Under the pieces are notes generated by a model, which was not told where the DNA came from, searched no databases, and saw nothing but the letters and a program-made list of their open reading frames with translations. A DNA stretch of 50,080 nucleotides. Origin: Betaproteobacteria bacterium. GTDB lineage: Bacteria > Pseudomonadota > Gammaproteobacteria > Burkholderiales > Burkholderiaceae_C. This document shows positions 20,261 to 30,801 of the stretch, in pieces. The stretch is from positions 1 through 50,080 of the forward strand of contig JAYUQJ010000605.1 of the NCBI GenBank assembly GCA_043756825.1. The letters are read 5' to 3'. Both the position numbers and the translations under genes were made by a program. Every line of letters begins with the position of its first letter. Position 1 is the stretch's first letter.

Positions 20261-21003
20261 TCGGGGTCCTGGAGGGCAAGCCGGGCCAGCAGCATGGCGC
20301 GTTCCTGGGGGCTGACCTGGGGCGATGCCGACGGCTCCAAACAGACCCGGTCGCGCCCTTCGGCCTTGGCAAGGTAGAGCTGCTGGTCGGCGCGTTGCAG
20401 CCAGATGGCAGGTGTGGACCGAACCCACTGCGGCGCGAAGGCCCCACCCACGCTAACCGTCACCGCCACGGTGCGACCCTCGGGCGGCAGGGCGACGGAT
20501 TTGCGCGCCACCCGCTGGCGCACCCGCGCGGCCACCTGGGGGCCGAAGGCGGGCGGGCAATTGGGCAGCAGCACGGCAAACTCTTCACCGCCAATGCGCG
20601 CCACCAGGTCCATAGGCCGCACGCTGTCGCCCAAGGCCTGGGCCACGGCACAAATCACCAGATCGCCGGCAGCATGGCCGTGCCGGTCGTTGACGTTCTT
20701 GAAGTGGTCGATGTCGATCATCAGCAACAGCGCCGATTCGCCGGACCGGGCCACCCGGTCAACCTCACGCGACAGCGCCAGCTCGAAGGTGCGCCGGTTG
20801 GCCAGGCCCGTCAGGGCATCGCGGCTGGACAGGTCCACCAACTGGTCGATGAGCGCCTGCAGATAAGCCATCGACCCCACCGGGCCGGCCGGCTCGTCTT
20901 GTGCGGCCTGGCGCAACAGGGCCAGTGCCTGGTCCAGGCGCAAACCGGCGGGCGCCGGCAAGGCAGGGGCAGCGGATCGATCGGCAGGGACGGGGTTTTC
21001 CAC
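20257..21003 (-). CDS. Diguanylate cyclase (GGDEF), soluble
   Basis: DALTGLANRR, DIDHFK, RPMD I-site, GGEEF; GTG start inferred. Confidence 0.9.
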   Translation of the reverse strand: MENPVPADRSAAPALPAPAGLRLDQALALLRQAAQDEPAGPVGSMAYLQALIDQLVDLSSRDALTGLANRRTFELALSREVDRVARSGESALLLMIDIDHFKNVNDRHGHAAGDLVICAVAQALGDSVRPMDLVARIGGEEFAVLLPNCPPAFGPQVAARVRQRVARKSVALPPEGRTVAVTVSVGGAFAPQWVRSTPAIWLQRADQQLYLAKAEGRDRVCLEPSASPQVSPQERAMLLARLALQDPE

Positions 21004-21174
21004 AGGTTGGAGGCCTTGGATTAGGGCGGGGCCGCCCAGGCGGCGCCGGCAGGCTGCAACCGCCGCTATTGCGCAGTCTAGCGCCACATGCAAGCGCACT
21101 GCCCCGGAACAAGCGGGCCTGGCCGGCCCACTTCGGCGCGCCGGCGTCCGCGGCGGGCCTGCAGACTGAGCGCC

Positions 21175-22074
21175 ATGACCGAGATCACCATCAGGCCACG
21201 GGGCAGCACTGCACCCTCGGGCAACAGCGATGCCGCTGGAGCCTGCGGCGGCCCGAACACTGGCCAGGAATTCAGCTTCTCCAGCGGCGACTACGACCGC
21301 ATTCGCGAGCTGATCTACCAGCGTGCCGGCATCAGCCTGCACGCAGGCAAGCAGGCCATGGTCTACAGCCGCCTGTCAAGGCGCCTGCGCGAGACCGGGC
21401 ATGCCTCGTTTGCCGACTATCTGCAAAGGCTGCAGCGCAACACAGGCAAGGCGGCCGACGCCGAATGGCAGGAGTTTGTGAACTGCCTGACCACCAACCT
21501 GACCGCCTTCTTCCGTGAGGACCACCACTTTGCCGAACTGGCCGACGACCTGCGGGCGCGCCAGGGCAGCCCCTTGCGCATCTGGTGCAGCGCGGCGTCC
21601 ACGGGTGAAGAGCCCTATTCGATTGCGATGACCGTGATCGAAACACTGGGGCCGCAGGCCCCGGTGCGCATCGTCGCCAGCGATATCGACACCCAGGTGC
21701 TGGCCACCGCCCAGCGCGGCGTCTATGACGCCAAGTCGCGTGGCCTGTCGCCCGAGCGTCTGCGCCGGCACTTCATGCGTGGCACCGGCAGCTTTGCCGG
21801 CCAGGTGCGGGTACGGCCGGAACTGACCCGGCTGATCGAGTTCCGCAGCTTCAACCTGATGAGCCCGCAATGGGCCCTGGGCGAAGCCTTCGATCTCATT
21901 TTCTGCCGCAATGTGATGATCTATTTCGATGCCAGCACCCAGCGCAACGTGTTGCGCCAGATGCATGGCGTATTGCGCCCGACAGGCCTGCTCTATGTCG
22001 GCCACTCCGAGAGTTTCAGCGATGCGCGCGAACTGTTTCATCTGCGCGGCAAGACCATTTACCAACGCGCCTGA
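21175..22074 (+). CDS. cheR: Chemotaxis methyltransferase
   Basis: TTNLTAFFRE, STGEEPYS, IFCRNVMIYF, GHSE. Confidence 0.95.
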   Translation: MTEITIRPRGSTAPSGNSDAAGACGGPNTGQEFSFSSGDYDRIRELIYQRAGISLHAGKQAMVYSRLSRRLRETGHASFADYLQRLQRNTGKAADAEWQEFVNCLTTNLTAFFREDHHFAELADDLRARQGSPLRIWCSAASTGEEPYSIAMTVIETLGPQAPVRIVASDIDTQVLATAQRGVYDAKSRGLSPERLRRHFMRGTGSFAGQVRVRPELTRLIEFRSFNLMSPQWALGEAFDLIFCRNVMIYFDASTQRNVLRQMHGVLRPTGLLYVGHSESFSDARELFHLRGKTIYQRA

Positions 22075-22122
22075 AGTTGCGGCGCCGGCTACCGACAAGC
22101 CACCCAACGACCTCTGCCCTTG

Positions 22123-22821
22123 ATGATGCCAAGCCCCCCACCTGTGCGCCCAGCCAGCCCACCTGCCGCTGCGCCCCTGGCCGGCGCTGCGGCGGGCGCG
22201 GCAGCGCTGCCGGCCGGCCTGGCTCGCCTGAAGGCCCAGCAACGCAAACCTGGCGAAGCGTCCTTCTTCTACTGGGACGCCCACTTTCGCAGCGATGCGG
22301 TCAAGGTACTGCCGGGCGAGTACTTCGTGCATGACAGCGACATCCTGATCACCACCACGCTCGGCTCCTGCATCGCCGCCTGTCTGTGGGACCGCGAGCG
22401 CCGGGTCGGCGGGATGAACCACTTCATGCTGCCCGAGGGCGCCGGCGACTCGGGCCGCTACGGCAGCTATGCGATGGAACTGCTGATCAACGAGTTGCTC
22501 ATGCGCGGCGCCTCGCGGCTGACCCTGGAGGCCAAGGTGTTCGGCGGGGGCGCGGTGATCGCCGGCATGAGCAGCCTGAACGTCGGTCAGCGCAATACCG
22601 AGTTTGTCATCGACTACCTGCAGACCGAACGCATCCCCATCGTCAGCCGCGACGTGATGGACGTCTACCCGCGCAAAGTCTGTTTCCTGCCGGCCAGCGG
22701 CAAGGCCATGGTCAAGCGCCTGGCGCCTACCCATGCCGATGCCCTGATCGCGCAAGACCGTGCGGCCGCGCAAAAGGCCGTGCCTGCCGCCAGCGGTGGC
22801 GGATCGGTCGATCTGTTCTGA
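22123..22821 (+). CDS. cheD: Chemoreceptor glutamine deamidase
   Basis: [21 protein letters not shown]. Confidence 0.95.
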   Translation: MMPSPPPVRPASPPAAAPLAGAAAGAAALPAGLARLKAQQRKPGEASFFYWDAHFRSDAVKVLPGEYFVHDSDILITTTLGSCIAACLWDRERRVGGMNHFMLPEGAGDSGRYGSYAMELLINELLMRGASRLTLEAKVFGGGAVIAGMSSLNVGQRNTEFVIDYLQTERIPIVSRDVMDVYPRKVCFLPASGKAMVKRLAPTHADALIAQDRAAAQKAVPAASGGGSVDLF

Positions 22822-22841
22822 AGCCCGCCAGAGGAGTACAC

Positions 22842-23933
22842 ATGGCAAAGACACGGGTGTTGGTGGTGGATGATTCGGCCCTGGTGCGCGGCCTGCTGGC
22901 CGAGATCATCAATCGCCAACCCGACATGGAATGCGTGGGTGCAGCCAGCGATCCGCTGATGGCGCGCGAGATGATCCGCAATCTCAATCCCGACGTGATC
23001 ACGCTCGATGTGGAAATGCCGCGCATGGACGGCATCGATTTTCTCAGCCGTCTGATGCGGCTGCGGCCGATGCCGGCCGTGATGGTGAGCACGCTCACCG
23101 AGCGTGGCGCCGAGGTCACGCTGCGGGCACTGGAACTGGGCGCCATCGACTTCGTCGCCAAACCCAAGATCGGCGTGGCCGACGGCTTGGCGCGCCTGGC
23201 CGACGAGATCACCGACAAGGTGCGCATCGCCGCGCGCGCCAAGGTCCGGCGCCTGCCGCCCGCCGGCCCGGCGGTGCCGGCACAGGCCGGCGCGGCGCAG
23301 GGGCCAGACGCCATCGCGCCGATGGGCCGCCTGTCCACCGAGAAGATCATCTTCATCGGTGGGTCGACCGGCGGCACCGAAGCCACCAAAGAAGTGCTGA
23401 TGAATCTGCCGCACGACGCACCGGCTGTGATGATCACGCAGCACATGCCGGCCGGCTTTACCCTGAGCTACGCCCAGCGCCTGAACAGCCTGTGCCGGAT
23501 CCGGGTGAAGGAGGCGGTGAACGGCGAACGGGTGCTGCCCGGCCATGCCTATGTGGCGCCCGGCGGCCAGCATCTGGCGGTGGAACGCTCAGGCGCCAAC
23601 TACCTGGCCCGGGTATTCGACGGCGGCCCGGTCAACCGCCACAAACCCAGTGTGGAGGTGCTGTTCACGGCGGCCGCCCGGGTGGTGGGCCCGAACGCGC
23701 TGGGCGTGATGCTCACCGGCATGGGCGCGGACGGCGCCAAGGCCATGAAACTGATGCGCGACGCCGGCAGCTACAACCTGTGCCAGGACGAGAACAGCTG
23801 CGTGGTCTTCGGCATGCCGCGCGAGGCCATCGCGCAAGGCGCCGCGCACGAGGTGCTGCCGCTGCAGCGCATTGCACCGGCCCTGCTGGAACGTCTGCGC
23901 AGCACAGCAGGCGGGGTGCTGCACCGGGTCTGA
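22842..23933 (+). CDS. cheB: Chemotaxis response regulator methylesterase
   Basis: Receiver domain; [22 protein letters not shown]; GAGGAG RBS. Confidence 0.96.
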   Translation: MAKTRVLVVDDSALVRGLLAEIINRQPDMECVGAASDPLMAREMIRNLNPDVITLDVEMPRMDGIDFLSRLMRLRPMPAVMVSTLTERGAEVTLRALELGAIDFVAKPKIGVADGLARLADEITDKVRIAARAKVRRLPPAGPAVPAQAGAAQGPDAIAPMGRLSTEKIIFIGGSTGGTEATKEVLMNLPHDAPAVMITQHMPAGFTLSYAQRLNSLCRIRVKEAVNGERVLPGHAYVAPGGQHLAVERSGANYLARVFDGGPVNRHKPSVEVLFTAAARVVGPNALGVMLTGMGADGAKAMKLMRDAGSYNLCQDENSCVVFGMPREAIAQGAAHEVLPLQRIAPALLERLRSTAGGVLHRV

Positions 23934-24161
23934 GAGACTGAGAGTTTTTCGATCATGCCCGCTCACCACCCCAAAACGCACCCGCTCGTCGTTGCAAATG
24001 CTCGCCATAGCCCGGGCTGTGGCTGCGCTTTGCGCCAGGGCCAGGAGGCCCTGGCCTTCGCCAGGCACAAACAGTCCTCAGGACTGTTTGTGTCCGGGCT
24101 CAGCCTAGATCGAGCAGGTTTTGTGGTGTTGGTCGGTCACGCTCGAAATCCTCTCAGTCTC
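23934..24161 (+). mobile_element. MITE type A, full copy (228 bp) with nested hairpin insert
   Basis: Terminal inverted repeats GAGACTGAGAG/CTCTCAGTCTC; TGA on both flanks (23931-33, 24162-64); second copy at 1-92; no transposase. Confidence 0.85.
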
Positions 24162-24171
24162 TGAGCCCAGC

Positions 24172-25443
24172 TCAGTCCGCCGGCAGGAACAAGCTCTGCA
24201 GGTCAGACAAGAAATCGAAACCCCGCACCGTCGGCCAGGCCCGGACAAAGTCGCGCGCCAGCAGACCGCGCGCCTCGGCCTCGGCCAGGGGCTTGGCAAT
24301 CGCACTGATGGGCAGACCGGTACGCGCCGTGAAATCCGCCAGCTCGAAACCTCCGCGCAGGCGCAGGGCATTGAGCATGTACTCGAAGGGCAACTGGGCC
24401 CGCGCCACCTCATCGTCATTGCTCATCGCCTGGCCCGCGAGGGCCCGCGCAATATAGGTGTTGGGTTCGCGCCAGCGAACCTGGCGTATCACCCGGTGCG
24501 GATAACTCAACTTGCCGTGCGCACCCGCACCCAAGCCCAGGTAGTCGCCGAACTGCCAGTAGTTCAGGTTGTGGGTGCAGCGGTGGCCGGCCTGGGCAAA
24601 GGCCGACACCTCGTAGCGCTGCAGGCCGGCGGCGGCGGTGCGCTCAACGATCAGGTCCAACATGTCGCTGGCCAGATCGTCGTCGGGCAGGTTGGCCGGC
24701 GGCGCCAGCGCGAAGCGGGTGTTGGGTTCGACCGTCAGGTGGTAGATCGACAGGTGCGGTGGCCGCAAGCCCAGGGCGATGTCCAGATCGGCCTGCAACT
24801 GTGCCAGGGTCTGCCCCGGCAGCGCGTACATCAGGTCGAGATTGAAGGTGTCGAAGGCTGCAGCGGCCTCGGCCAGGGCCGCCCGCGCCTGCGCCCCATC
24901 GTGCACCCGGCCCAGCTGCGCCAGCATGCCGTCATCGAAGCTCTGCACCCCCACCGACAGTCGGGTGACGCCCGCCGCGCGAAAGGCGCGGAAACGGTCG
25001 CGCTCGAAGGTGCCGGGGTTGGCCTCCAGCGTGATTTCGCAGCCCGGCTGCAAGGGCAGGCGGGCGCGGATGTCGGCCAGCAGGCGGCCGATGGATTCGG
25101 GCGAGAACAGGCTGGGCGTGCCGCCGCCGATGAAGATCGAGTGCACCGGGCGCCCCCAGACCTGGGGCAGCGCGGCTTCCAGATCGGCCCGCAAGGCGTC
25201 CAGGTAGCGCGCCTCGGGCGGGTCTTGAAAGGTGGCCCTGCGGCCCTGCCAGACCAGAGCCTGGGCCGGGCCGCCCGGGCCGGGCGGCGGCCGCTCGCCG
25301 TGTGGCAACGCATGCGAGTTGAAGTCGCAGTAAGGGCATTTGACCAGGCACCAAGGCAGGTGGACATACAGCGACAGCGGCGGCGACGCCCCCAGCTGCA
25401 AGGTGCCCGGCCGAAGGTAGCGGCCCACCAGGTCGGTGCTCAT
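24172..25443 (-). CDS. hemW: Radical SAM heme chaperone HemW
   Basis: YVHLPWCLVKCPYCDFNSH, GGGTPS, EANP, HNLNYW; next to rdgB. Confidence 0.93.
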   Translation of the reverse strand: MSTDLVGRYLRPGTLQLGASPPLSLYVHLPWCLVKCPYCDFNSHALPHGERPPPGPGGPAQALVWQGRRATFQDPPEARYLDALRADLEAALPQVWGRPVHSIFIGGGTPSLFSPESIGRLLADIRARLPLQPGCEITLEANPGTFERDRFRAFRAAGVTRLSVGVQSFDDGMLAQLGRVHDGAQARAALAEAAAAFDTFNLDLMYALPGQTLAQLQADLDIALGLRPPHLSIYHLTVEPNTRFALAPPANLPDDDLASDMLDLIVERTAAAGLQRYEVSAFAQAGHRCTHNLNYWQFGDYLGLGAGAHGKLSYPHRVIRQVRWREPNTYIARALAGQAMSNDDEVARAQLPFEYMLNALRLRGGFELADFTARTGLPISAIAKPLAEAEARGLLARDFVRAWPTVRGFDFLSDLQSLFLPAD

Positions 25444-25450
25444 CGGCGCA

Positions 25451-26116
25451 TCAGCCGGCCAGATGCCAGGCTTCGCCCAGCAACTGGCGCAGCAGGGCTG
25501 CCGATCGGGCGCGGTGGCTGTGCTGGTTCTTGGTGGCAGCGTCAAGCTGGGCCACGCTGGCGCCCAGCGCAGGGATAAACATCAGCGGGTCATAGCCGAA
25601 GCCTTGCTCGCCTTGCGGCGCTTGCAGGATCTCGCCGGACCAGCGCCCCACGGCCACCAGGGGTTCGGGGTCGTCGGCATGCCGCAACGCCACCAGGGTG
25701 CTGATGAAGTGCGCGCGCCGATCGGTCACGCCCGCCAGGCTGTCGAGCAAGGCCCGGTTGTTGGCCGCGTCCTGGCGCTGGCGGCGCTGTTCGCGGGCTT
25801 CGCCGTCGACCGGGGGCAGCTCCCCGGCGTAGTGGGCCGAAATCACGCCGGGCCCACCGGCCAATGCCGCCACGCACAGGCCCGAGTCGTCGGCCAGCGC
25901 CGCCCGCCCGCTGTTGCGGGCGGCATGCCGGGCCTTGGTCAAGGCGTTCTCGACAAAGCTCGGAAAGGGCTCATCCACCTCGGCCAGGCCCAGGCTGCCC
26001 TGGGTCACGATGTCCAGCGGCAAGCCGCCCAGCAAGGCCTGCAGCTCAGCCAGTTTCTTGGCATTGTTGGACGCCAGCACCAGGGGCAGGCGAAAGCGAG
26101 GCGGCAGCAAAGGCAC
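25451..26116 (-). CDS. rdgB: Non-canonical purine NTP pyrophosphatase
   Basis: LASNNAKK, ADDSGL, GFGYDP, KNQHSHR. Confidence 0.95.
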   Translation of the reverse strand: MPLLPPRFRLPLVLASNNAKKLAELQALLGGLPLDIVTQGSLGLAEVDEPFPSFVENALTKARHAARNSGRAALADDSGLCVAALAGGPGVISAHYAGELPPVDGEAREQRRQRQDAANNRALLDSLAGVTDRRAHFISTLVALRHADDPEPLVAVGRWSGEILQAPQGEQGFGYDPLMFIPALGASVAQLDAATKNQHSHRARSAALLRQLLGEAWHLAG

Positions 26117-26126
26117 CCTGCACGCC

Positions 26127-26867
26127 TCAGCCCGGCAGGGCCGCGGCCAGCGCCGCCCGCTGAGCCTGCACCAGTTCGCCTATGCCTTTGGCCGCCAGGT
26201 TGAGCAGGGCGTCCATCTCGGCCTGGCTGAAGGCCGCACCTTCGGCGGTGCCCTGCACCTCGACGAATCCGCCCGAGGCGGTCATCACCACATTCATGTC
26301 GGTGTCGCAGGCCGAGTCTTCGGTGTAAGCCAGATCGAGCATCGGCACCCCGCCCACGATGCCCACCGAAACCGCTGCCAGGCCGTCTCGGACCGGGCTG
26401 CGCGCGAGCTTGCCCTGGGCCAGCAGCCAGCCCACCGCATCCTGGGCCGCCACCCAGGCGCCGGTGATCGCGGCGGTGCGGGTGCCGCCATCGGCCTGGA
26501 GCACGTCGCAATCGATCAGGATGCTGCGCTCGCCCAGTGCGGTCAGGTCGAACACGCAACGCAGCGACCGGCCGATCAGGCGCTGAATCTCCTGGGTGCG
26601 GCCGCTCTGCTTGCCGCGGGCGGCCTCGCGGTCGCCGCGGGTGTGGGTGGCGCGCGGCAGCATGCCGTATTCGGCCGTGACCCAGCCCTGGCCGCTGCCG
26701 CGCTTGTGCGGCGGCACTTTCTCTTCGACCGAGGCGGTGCACAGCACCCGGGTGTGGCCAAAACTCACCAGCACCGAACCCTCGGCATGGCGGGTGTAGG
26801 CACGCTGGATCGTGACAGGGCGCAGGGCATCTGCGGCACGCCGGTCAGCGCGCAGTGAAGTGGACAT
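26127..26867 (-). CDS. rph: Ribonuclease PH
   Basis: [43 protein letters not shown]. Confidence 0.97.
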   Translation of the reverse strand: MSTSLRADRRAADALRPVTIQRAYTRHAEGSVLVSFGHTRVLCTASVEEKVPPHKRGSGQGWVTAEYGMLPRATHTRGDREAARGKQSGRTQEIQRLIGRSLRCVFDLTALGERSILIDCDVLQADGGTRTAAITGAWVAAQDAVGWLLAQGKLARSPVRDGLAAVSVGIVGGVPMLDLAYTEDSACDTDMNVVMTASGGFVEVQGTAEGAAFSQAEMDALLNLAAKGIGELVQAQRAALAAALPG

Positions 26868-26875
26868 CGCAATCC

Positions 26876-27805
26876 TCAAGGTCGTTTTTGGGCCGAGCGC
26901 CGGATGGCCTCGTTGATTTCGCGGATCGAGCGCTCGATCTCGGCGTCGTCCAGCTCGGTGCCGGCCAGATCACTGGCGGTCAGGCTGGCCTGGATGGTGG
27001 ATGCAAACCCCTCCTCGCCCAGGGCACGGGCGGGCAGGGCCTGGGCCGGGTCTTGCGCCTCGACGCCGTCCCATTCGACCGCCAGCACAGTGACGTTGTC
27101 GCTGCGCGGACCGGCATTGCGCAGGGCTTGCTCGGCCAGCTCGGGCACCGCGTCCGCAATCGGCCGACGCGCCAGATGCTCGACGATCACCGCATCGGCC
27201 ACGCTGCCCCACAGGCCGTCGCTGCACAGCATGACCCGGTCGCCGGCCTGCAGCATCAGCGGTCCGGCCGAATCCACCACCGGCTTGCCCGGGCTGCCCA
27301 GGCAGGTGAACAACACATTACGGTTGTAGCGCTGGTTCTCCAGCGGCACGGGCTGGCCCGATTGCGCCAGGGCGCCATGCAGTTCGGTATAGCTGTGGTC
27401 GCGCGTGCGCACCACCAGCTTGTCGCCGCGCAGCAGGTAAAGGCGTGAATCGCCACAGTGGGCCCAGTAGGCCGCCTGGCCCTGCAGCACACAGGCCACC
27501 AGCGTGGTGCGCGGGGTGTCGAGCAGGCCACGCTCGGTGGCGTACCGCAGCAGCTGGTGGTGCGCTGCCAGCACCGCCTCCTGGAGAAAGCGCGCCGGGT
27601 CCTTCAAGGTCGGCTTGGCATCACGCTGGAACAGCGCGGCAATCGTCTGCAGCGCCAGCTGAGATGCCACTTCACCCTCGGGGTGCCCGCCCATGCCGTC
27701 GGCCAGCGCAAACAGGCCAGCCGACCGGGTGTAGCAGTAGCCCATGCGGTCTTCATTCTTGGGCCGCCCGCCACGCCTGCTGACCTGGTAGACCGAGAAC
27801 CTCAT
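26876..27805 (-). CDS. PP2C-family Ser/Thr phosphatase
   Basis: NED, ADGMGGH, GDSR, CSDGL, DNVT. Confidence 0.93.
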   Translation of the reverse strand: MRFSVYQVSRRGGRPKNEDRMGYCYTRSAGLFALADGMGGHPEGEVASQLALQTIAALFQRDAKPTLKDPARFLQEAVLAAHHQLLRYATERGLLDTPRTTLVACVLQGQAAYWAHCGDSRLYLLRGDKLVVRTRDHSYTELHGALAQSGQPVPLENQRYNRNVLFTCLGSPGKPVVDSAGPLMLQAGDRVMLCSDGLWGSVADAVIVEHLARRPIADAVPELAEQALRNAGPRSDNVTVLAVEWDGVEAQDPAQALPARALGEEGFASTIQASLTASDLAGTELDDAEIERSIREINEAIRRSAQKRP

Positions 27806-27881
27806 GGCCTGCTCCGCGCAGCGTGGGCACCGCCTGGCCGCAGCGCCACGGCCGACGTCGCCGCGATGGGCCGCCGCAGCG

Positions 27882-28850
27882 TCAAGACTTGGCTCCGGCT
27901 TTCAGGCTTTCGAGCTGCAGCTTCAGGCGCTCGCTGAAACTGAGCTTGGTGTAGCGGCGTTCGGTCTCGCGCGCCAGCTCTTTCTGCAGCGCAAACACGC
28001 TTTGCGGACGCGACAGCGGATCGAGCGACATGCACCATTCGGTCACTTCGATCAGGTTGTCGCTGTAGACATTGCGCAGGCGCGACAGGCTCAGCGCCAG
28101 GCGGTCTTTCTCGAGCCGTTGCGGTGCCTCGTTGGGCGGGTAGCCCTGCATGCAGGCATAGATGCAGGCGCCAATCGCGTAGATGTCGGTCCATGGGCCC
28201 AGGGTGCCATCGCGGCGGTACATCTCGGGCGCGGCAAAGCCGGGGGTGTACATCGGGCGGATGAAGTTGCCCTCCTTGCTCAGCACCTCGCGGGCCGCGC
28301 CAAAGTCCAGCATCACCGCCTTGTTGTCGTTGGTGATGAACATGTTGGCCGGCTTGATGTCCAGGTGCAGCATCTTGTGCTGATGCACGATGCGCAGGCC
28401 GCGCAGGATTTCATCGAACAGGCTGCGGATGGTGCTCTCGCGAAACACCTTGTCACGCTTGAGGTCACGTGCAGTGACGATGAAATCCTGCAGCGTGTCG
28501 CCCTGCAGATAGTTCATCACCATGTAGACGGTTTCGTTCTCGCGGAAGAAGTTCAGCACACTCACCACGCTGGGGTGGCTGATCTGCGCCAGCGAGCGGC
28601 CTTCTTCGAAAAAACTCTTCAGGCCCAGCCGGTACAGGGGTTGCTTCTCGGGCTTGACCCGCGGCGTCAGTTCGCCGGCGGCCCGCTCGGCGAGTGACGC
28701 CGGCAGGTACTCCTTGATCGCCACGCTGTGACGCTGCTCGTCTTCGGCCAGGTAGACCACGCCAAACCCGCCGGCCGCCAGTTTCTTGACGATTTGGTAC
28801 CCACCCACCACGGTGCCCGCAGGCAACGGGGCTGGCTTTGCCTTTGACAT
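27882..28850 (-). CDS. Hanks-type Ser/Thr protein kinase, soluble
   Basis: GGFGVVY, VAIKE, HLDIKPAN, DFG, APE; no TM segment seen. Confidence 0.93.
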   Translation of the reverse strand: MSKAKPAPLPAGTVVGGYQIVKKLAAGGFGVVYLAEDEQRHSVAIKEYLPASLAERAAGELTPRVKPEKQPLYRLGLKSFFEEGRSLAQISHPSVVSVLNFFRENETVYMVMNYLQGDTLQDFIVTARDLKRDKVFRESTIRSLFDEILRGLRIVHQHKMLHLDIKPANMFITNDNKAVMLDFGAAREVLSKEGNFIRPMYTPGFAAPEMYRRDGTLGPWTDIYAIGACIYACMQGYPPNEAPQRLEKDRLALSLSRLRNVYSDNLIEVTEWCMSLDPLSRPQSVFALQKELARETERRYTKLSFSERLKLQLESLKAGAKS

Positions 28851-28880
28851 AATCCGTGTTTTCCCTGAACTGGTGAGCCC

Positions 28881-29822
28881 ATGGCAGTTTACAGCATGAC
28901 CGGTTTTGCACAGGCCAGCGCAGGTGCCGGCGGCGGCCCCGACGACCCGGCCCATCGGCCCGCCAACGCCGCTGCCGGTGTCACCGTGGAGGCGCGGTCG
29001 GTCAACAGCCGCTTCCTCGATGTGGTGTTTCGCCTGCCCGACGAGTTGCGCGGCCTGGAGCCCACGCTGCGCGAGATGGTCGGGGCGGCCTGCAAGCGCG
29101 GCAAGATCGAGCTACGGGTGGTGGGCCAGCGCGATGCCGAGAGCGCCTGGCCCCAACCGCTACCCGAGCAACTCAATCGCCTGTCGCGGCTGGAATCCAC
29201 TGTCATCGGCTGGCTGCCACAGGCCCGACCGCTGAGCGTCAATGAAACCCTGCACTGGTGCCGGCTGGGCGGCGGCACGGCCGAGCGCCTTGACGACGCA
29301 GCGCTGGCCGCCGGGCGCGCGGCCATCGCCGGCCTGCGCGAAGCGCGCGCTCGGGAGGGCGCGCGCCTGGTGGCCATCCTGGTCGAGCGCATCACGCATC
29401 TGCGCGACCTGGCCGCCCAGGCAGCACCGCTGGTGCCGGCAGTGGTGACGCGTCAGCAACAGCGCTTCCTGGAGCGCTGGCAGGAGGCCTTGCAAAACCT
29501 GCCCGTCTCCAGCGGCGGCGCCAGCGCGACCGTGGGCGCCGAGGCCCTGCGCGACCGCGCCCTCAACGAGGCCGCCGCCTATGCGCTGCGCATCGATGTG
29601 GCCGAGGAGTTGTCGCGCTTGAACGCCCATCTGGATGAACTGACCCGGCTGCTGCATGCGGGCGGCGAGCTGGGCAAACGACTTGACTTTCTGATACAAG
29701 AGTTGCACCGCGAAGCCAACACCCTGGGCAGCAAGTCATCGGCCCTGGAATTGACCAGCATCTCGCTGGAGATGAAAGTGGCGATCGAGCAGATGCGCGA
29801 ACAGGTGCAGAACATCGAGTGA
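28881..29822 (+). CDS. yicC: YicC/YloC family endoribonuclease
   Basis: SMTGF, RSVNSRFLD, GKRLDFLIQELHREANTLGSK, EQMREQVQNIE. Confidence 0.96.
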   Translation: MAVYSMTGFAQASAGAGGGPDDPAHRPANAAAGVTVEARSVNSRFLDVVFRLPDELRGLEPTLREMVGAACKRGKIELRVVGQRDAESAWPQPLPEQLNRLSRLESTVIGWLPQARPLSVNETLHWCRLGGGTAERLDDAALAAGRAAIAGLREARAREGARLVAILVERITHLRDLAAQAAPLVPAVVTRQQQRFLERWQEALQNLPVSSGGASATVGAEALRDRALNEAAAYALRIDVAEELSRLNAHLDELTRLLHAGGELGKRLDFLIQELHREANTLGSKSSALELTSISLEMKVAIEQMREQVQNIE

Positions 29823-29888
29823 TGGGCTGGCCTTGATCGAGCGCCACGCTGCGGCCGGCGCGGCCTCCATCACCACGTTTCGAGCCGG

Positions 29889-30680
29889 CTACCCACGCCG
29901 GCGCATGGCAGCCAGGCACAGCAAGCCGGCTGCGAGCAGGCCCATGGTGGACGCTTCTGGCACGGCGGTGGTCTGCACCACCAGCGATGGCCGCTGGCCG
30001 GGCAACAAGCCTTGCAGGCTGTCGAAGCGCTTGGCGTTCTGCGCGTCTGCTTCGGGGCCCAGCAGGATCCATCCGAAGTTGTCAGACGACCGGTCCAGCC
30101 AGCCCTGCACGTCGGCCACCAGGCCAGGGCTGCTCTGCCAGCTGTAGAAGTCATTCGGCGCCCCGACCAGCGTGACGGCGCTGGCTTGGGCCACAAAGTC
30201 GCCTCCCCGCCGGTCCCACTCGGCCACCCTGTAGTCGCGCCAGCGCCAGGTGGCGTCACCGGCCTGGGCCGCCGCGCCGACGCCTCCGTTGCCACCGTTG
30301 GAGGCGCCTTCCCCCCAGGGTGCCAGCACGCGATGCAAGGCGACATCATGGTCGGCGCGTGACCTGGATTCGTACAGGCTCAAGCTGGCCGAGACCACAC
30401 GCTGCCCTGCCGGGATGGACTTCAGGTCGAAGCGGATCAGCGCACGCCGCAGCACGCCGCCGGCCGTGGTGCTCAGCCACAAGGATTCACCTTTGCCATC
30501 GCTGACATCGTCCCAAACCGGGTTGCCTCCCGCCAGGTCGCTGTAGATCGACGTGTCGGCCGCCGGGTTGAAGCGGTAGGTTTGCAAGGGCTGAGGCGCG
30601 GCTTGCGCGGTGGCGACCCAGGGCGTGGTCAGCAAGACCACGCCCAAGATGGCGGCAAATTGACTTCCAGACTTCGTCAT
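29889..30680 (-). CDS. DNRLRE-like domain protein with PEP-CTERM sorting signal
   Basis: Signal peptide; ADTSIYS...RRALIRFDL...WGEG...NFGWIL; C-terminus VPEASTMGLLAAGLLCLAAMRRRG. Confidence 0.85.
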   Translation of the reverse strand: MTKSGSQFAAILGVVLLTTPWVATAQAAPQPLQTYRFNPAADTSIYSDLAGGNPVWDDVSDGKGESLWLSTTAGGVLRRALIRFDLKSIPAGQRVVSASLSLYESRSRADHDVALHRVLAPWGEGASNGGNGGVGAAAQAGDATWRWRDYRVAEWDRRGGDFVAQASAVTLVGAPNDFYSWQSSPGLVADVQGWLDRSSDNFGWILLGPEADAQNAKRFDSLQGLLPGQRPSLVVQTTAVPEASTMGLLAAGLLCLAAMRRRG

Positions 30681-30720
30681 GGCGAGACCTTGAAGAAAAA
30701 GTGGCGGAACAGAACGCTGC

Positions 30721-30754
30721 GTTGTAGGGACGCCGTTTGTCAGGCGCGTGACAA
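30721..30754 (-). promoter_or_regulatory. Putative Pho box and -10 for the leftward PEP-CTERM gene
   Basis: Minus strand TTGTCAC-GCGC-CTGACAA, 10 nt, TACAAC. Confidence 0.5.
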
Positions 30755-30801
30755 ATCTCCGCCGACCCTCGATCCGGGGGGGGCACGGTGCACGCCCGCT
30801 T

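Noticed and set aside
30736-30755. TGTCA-N6-TGACA palindrome as a CooA/CRP-family site
   Set aside because: No related target genes; the same bases fit a Pho box with correct -10 spacing next to phoX, though not formally excluded
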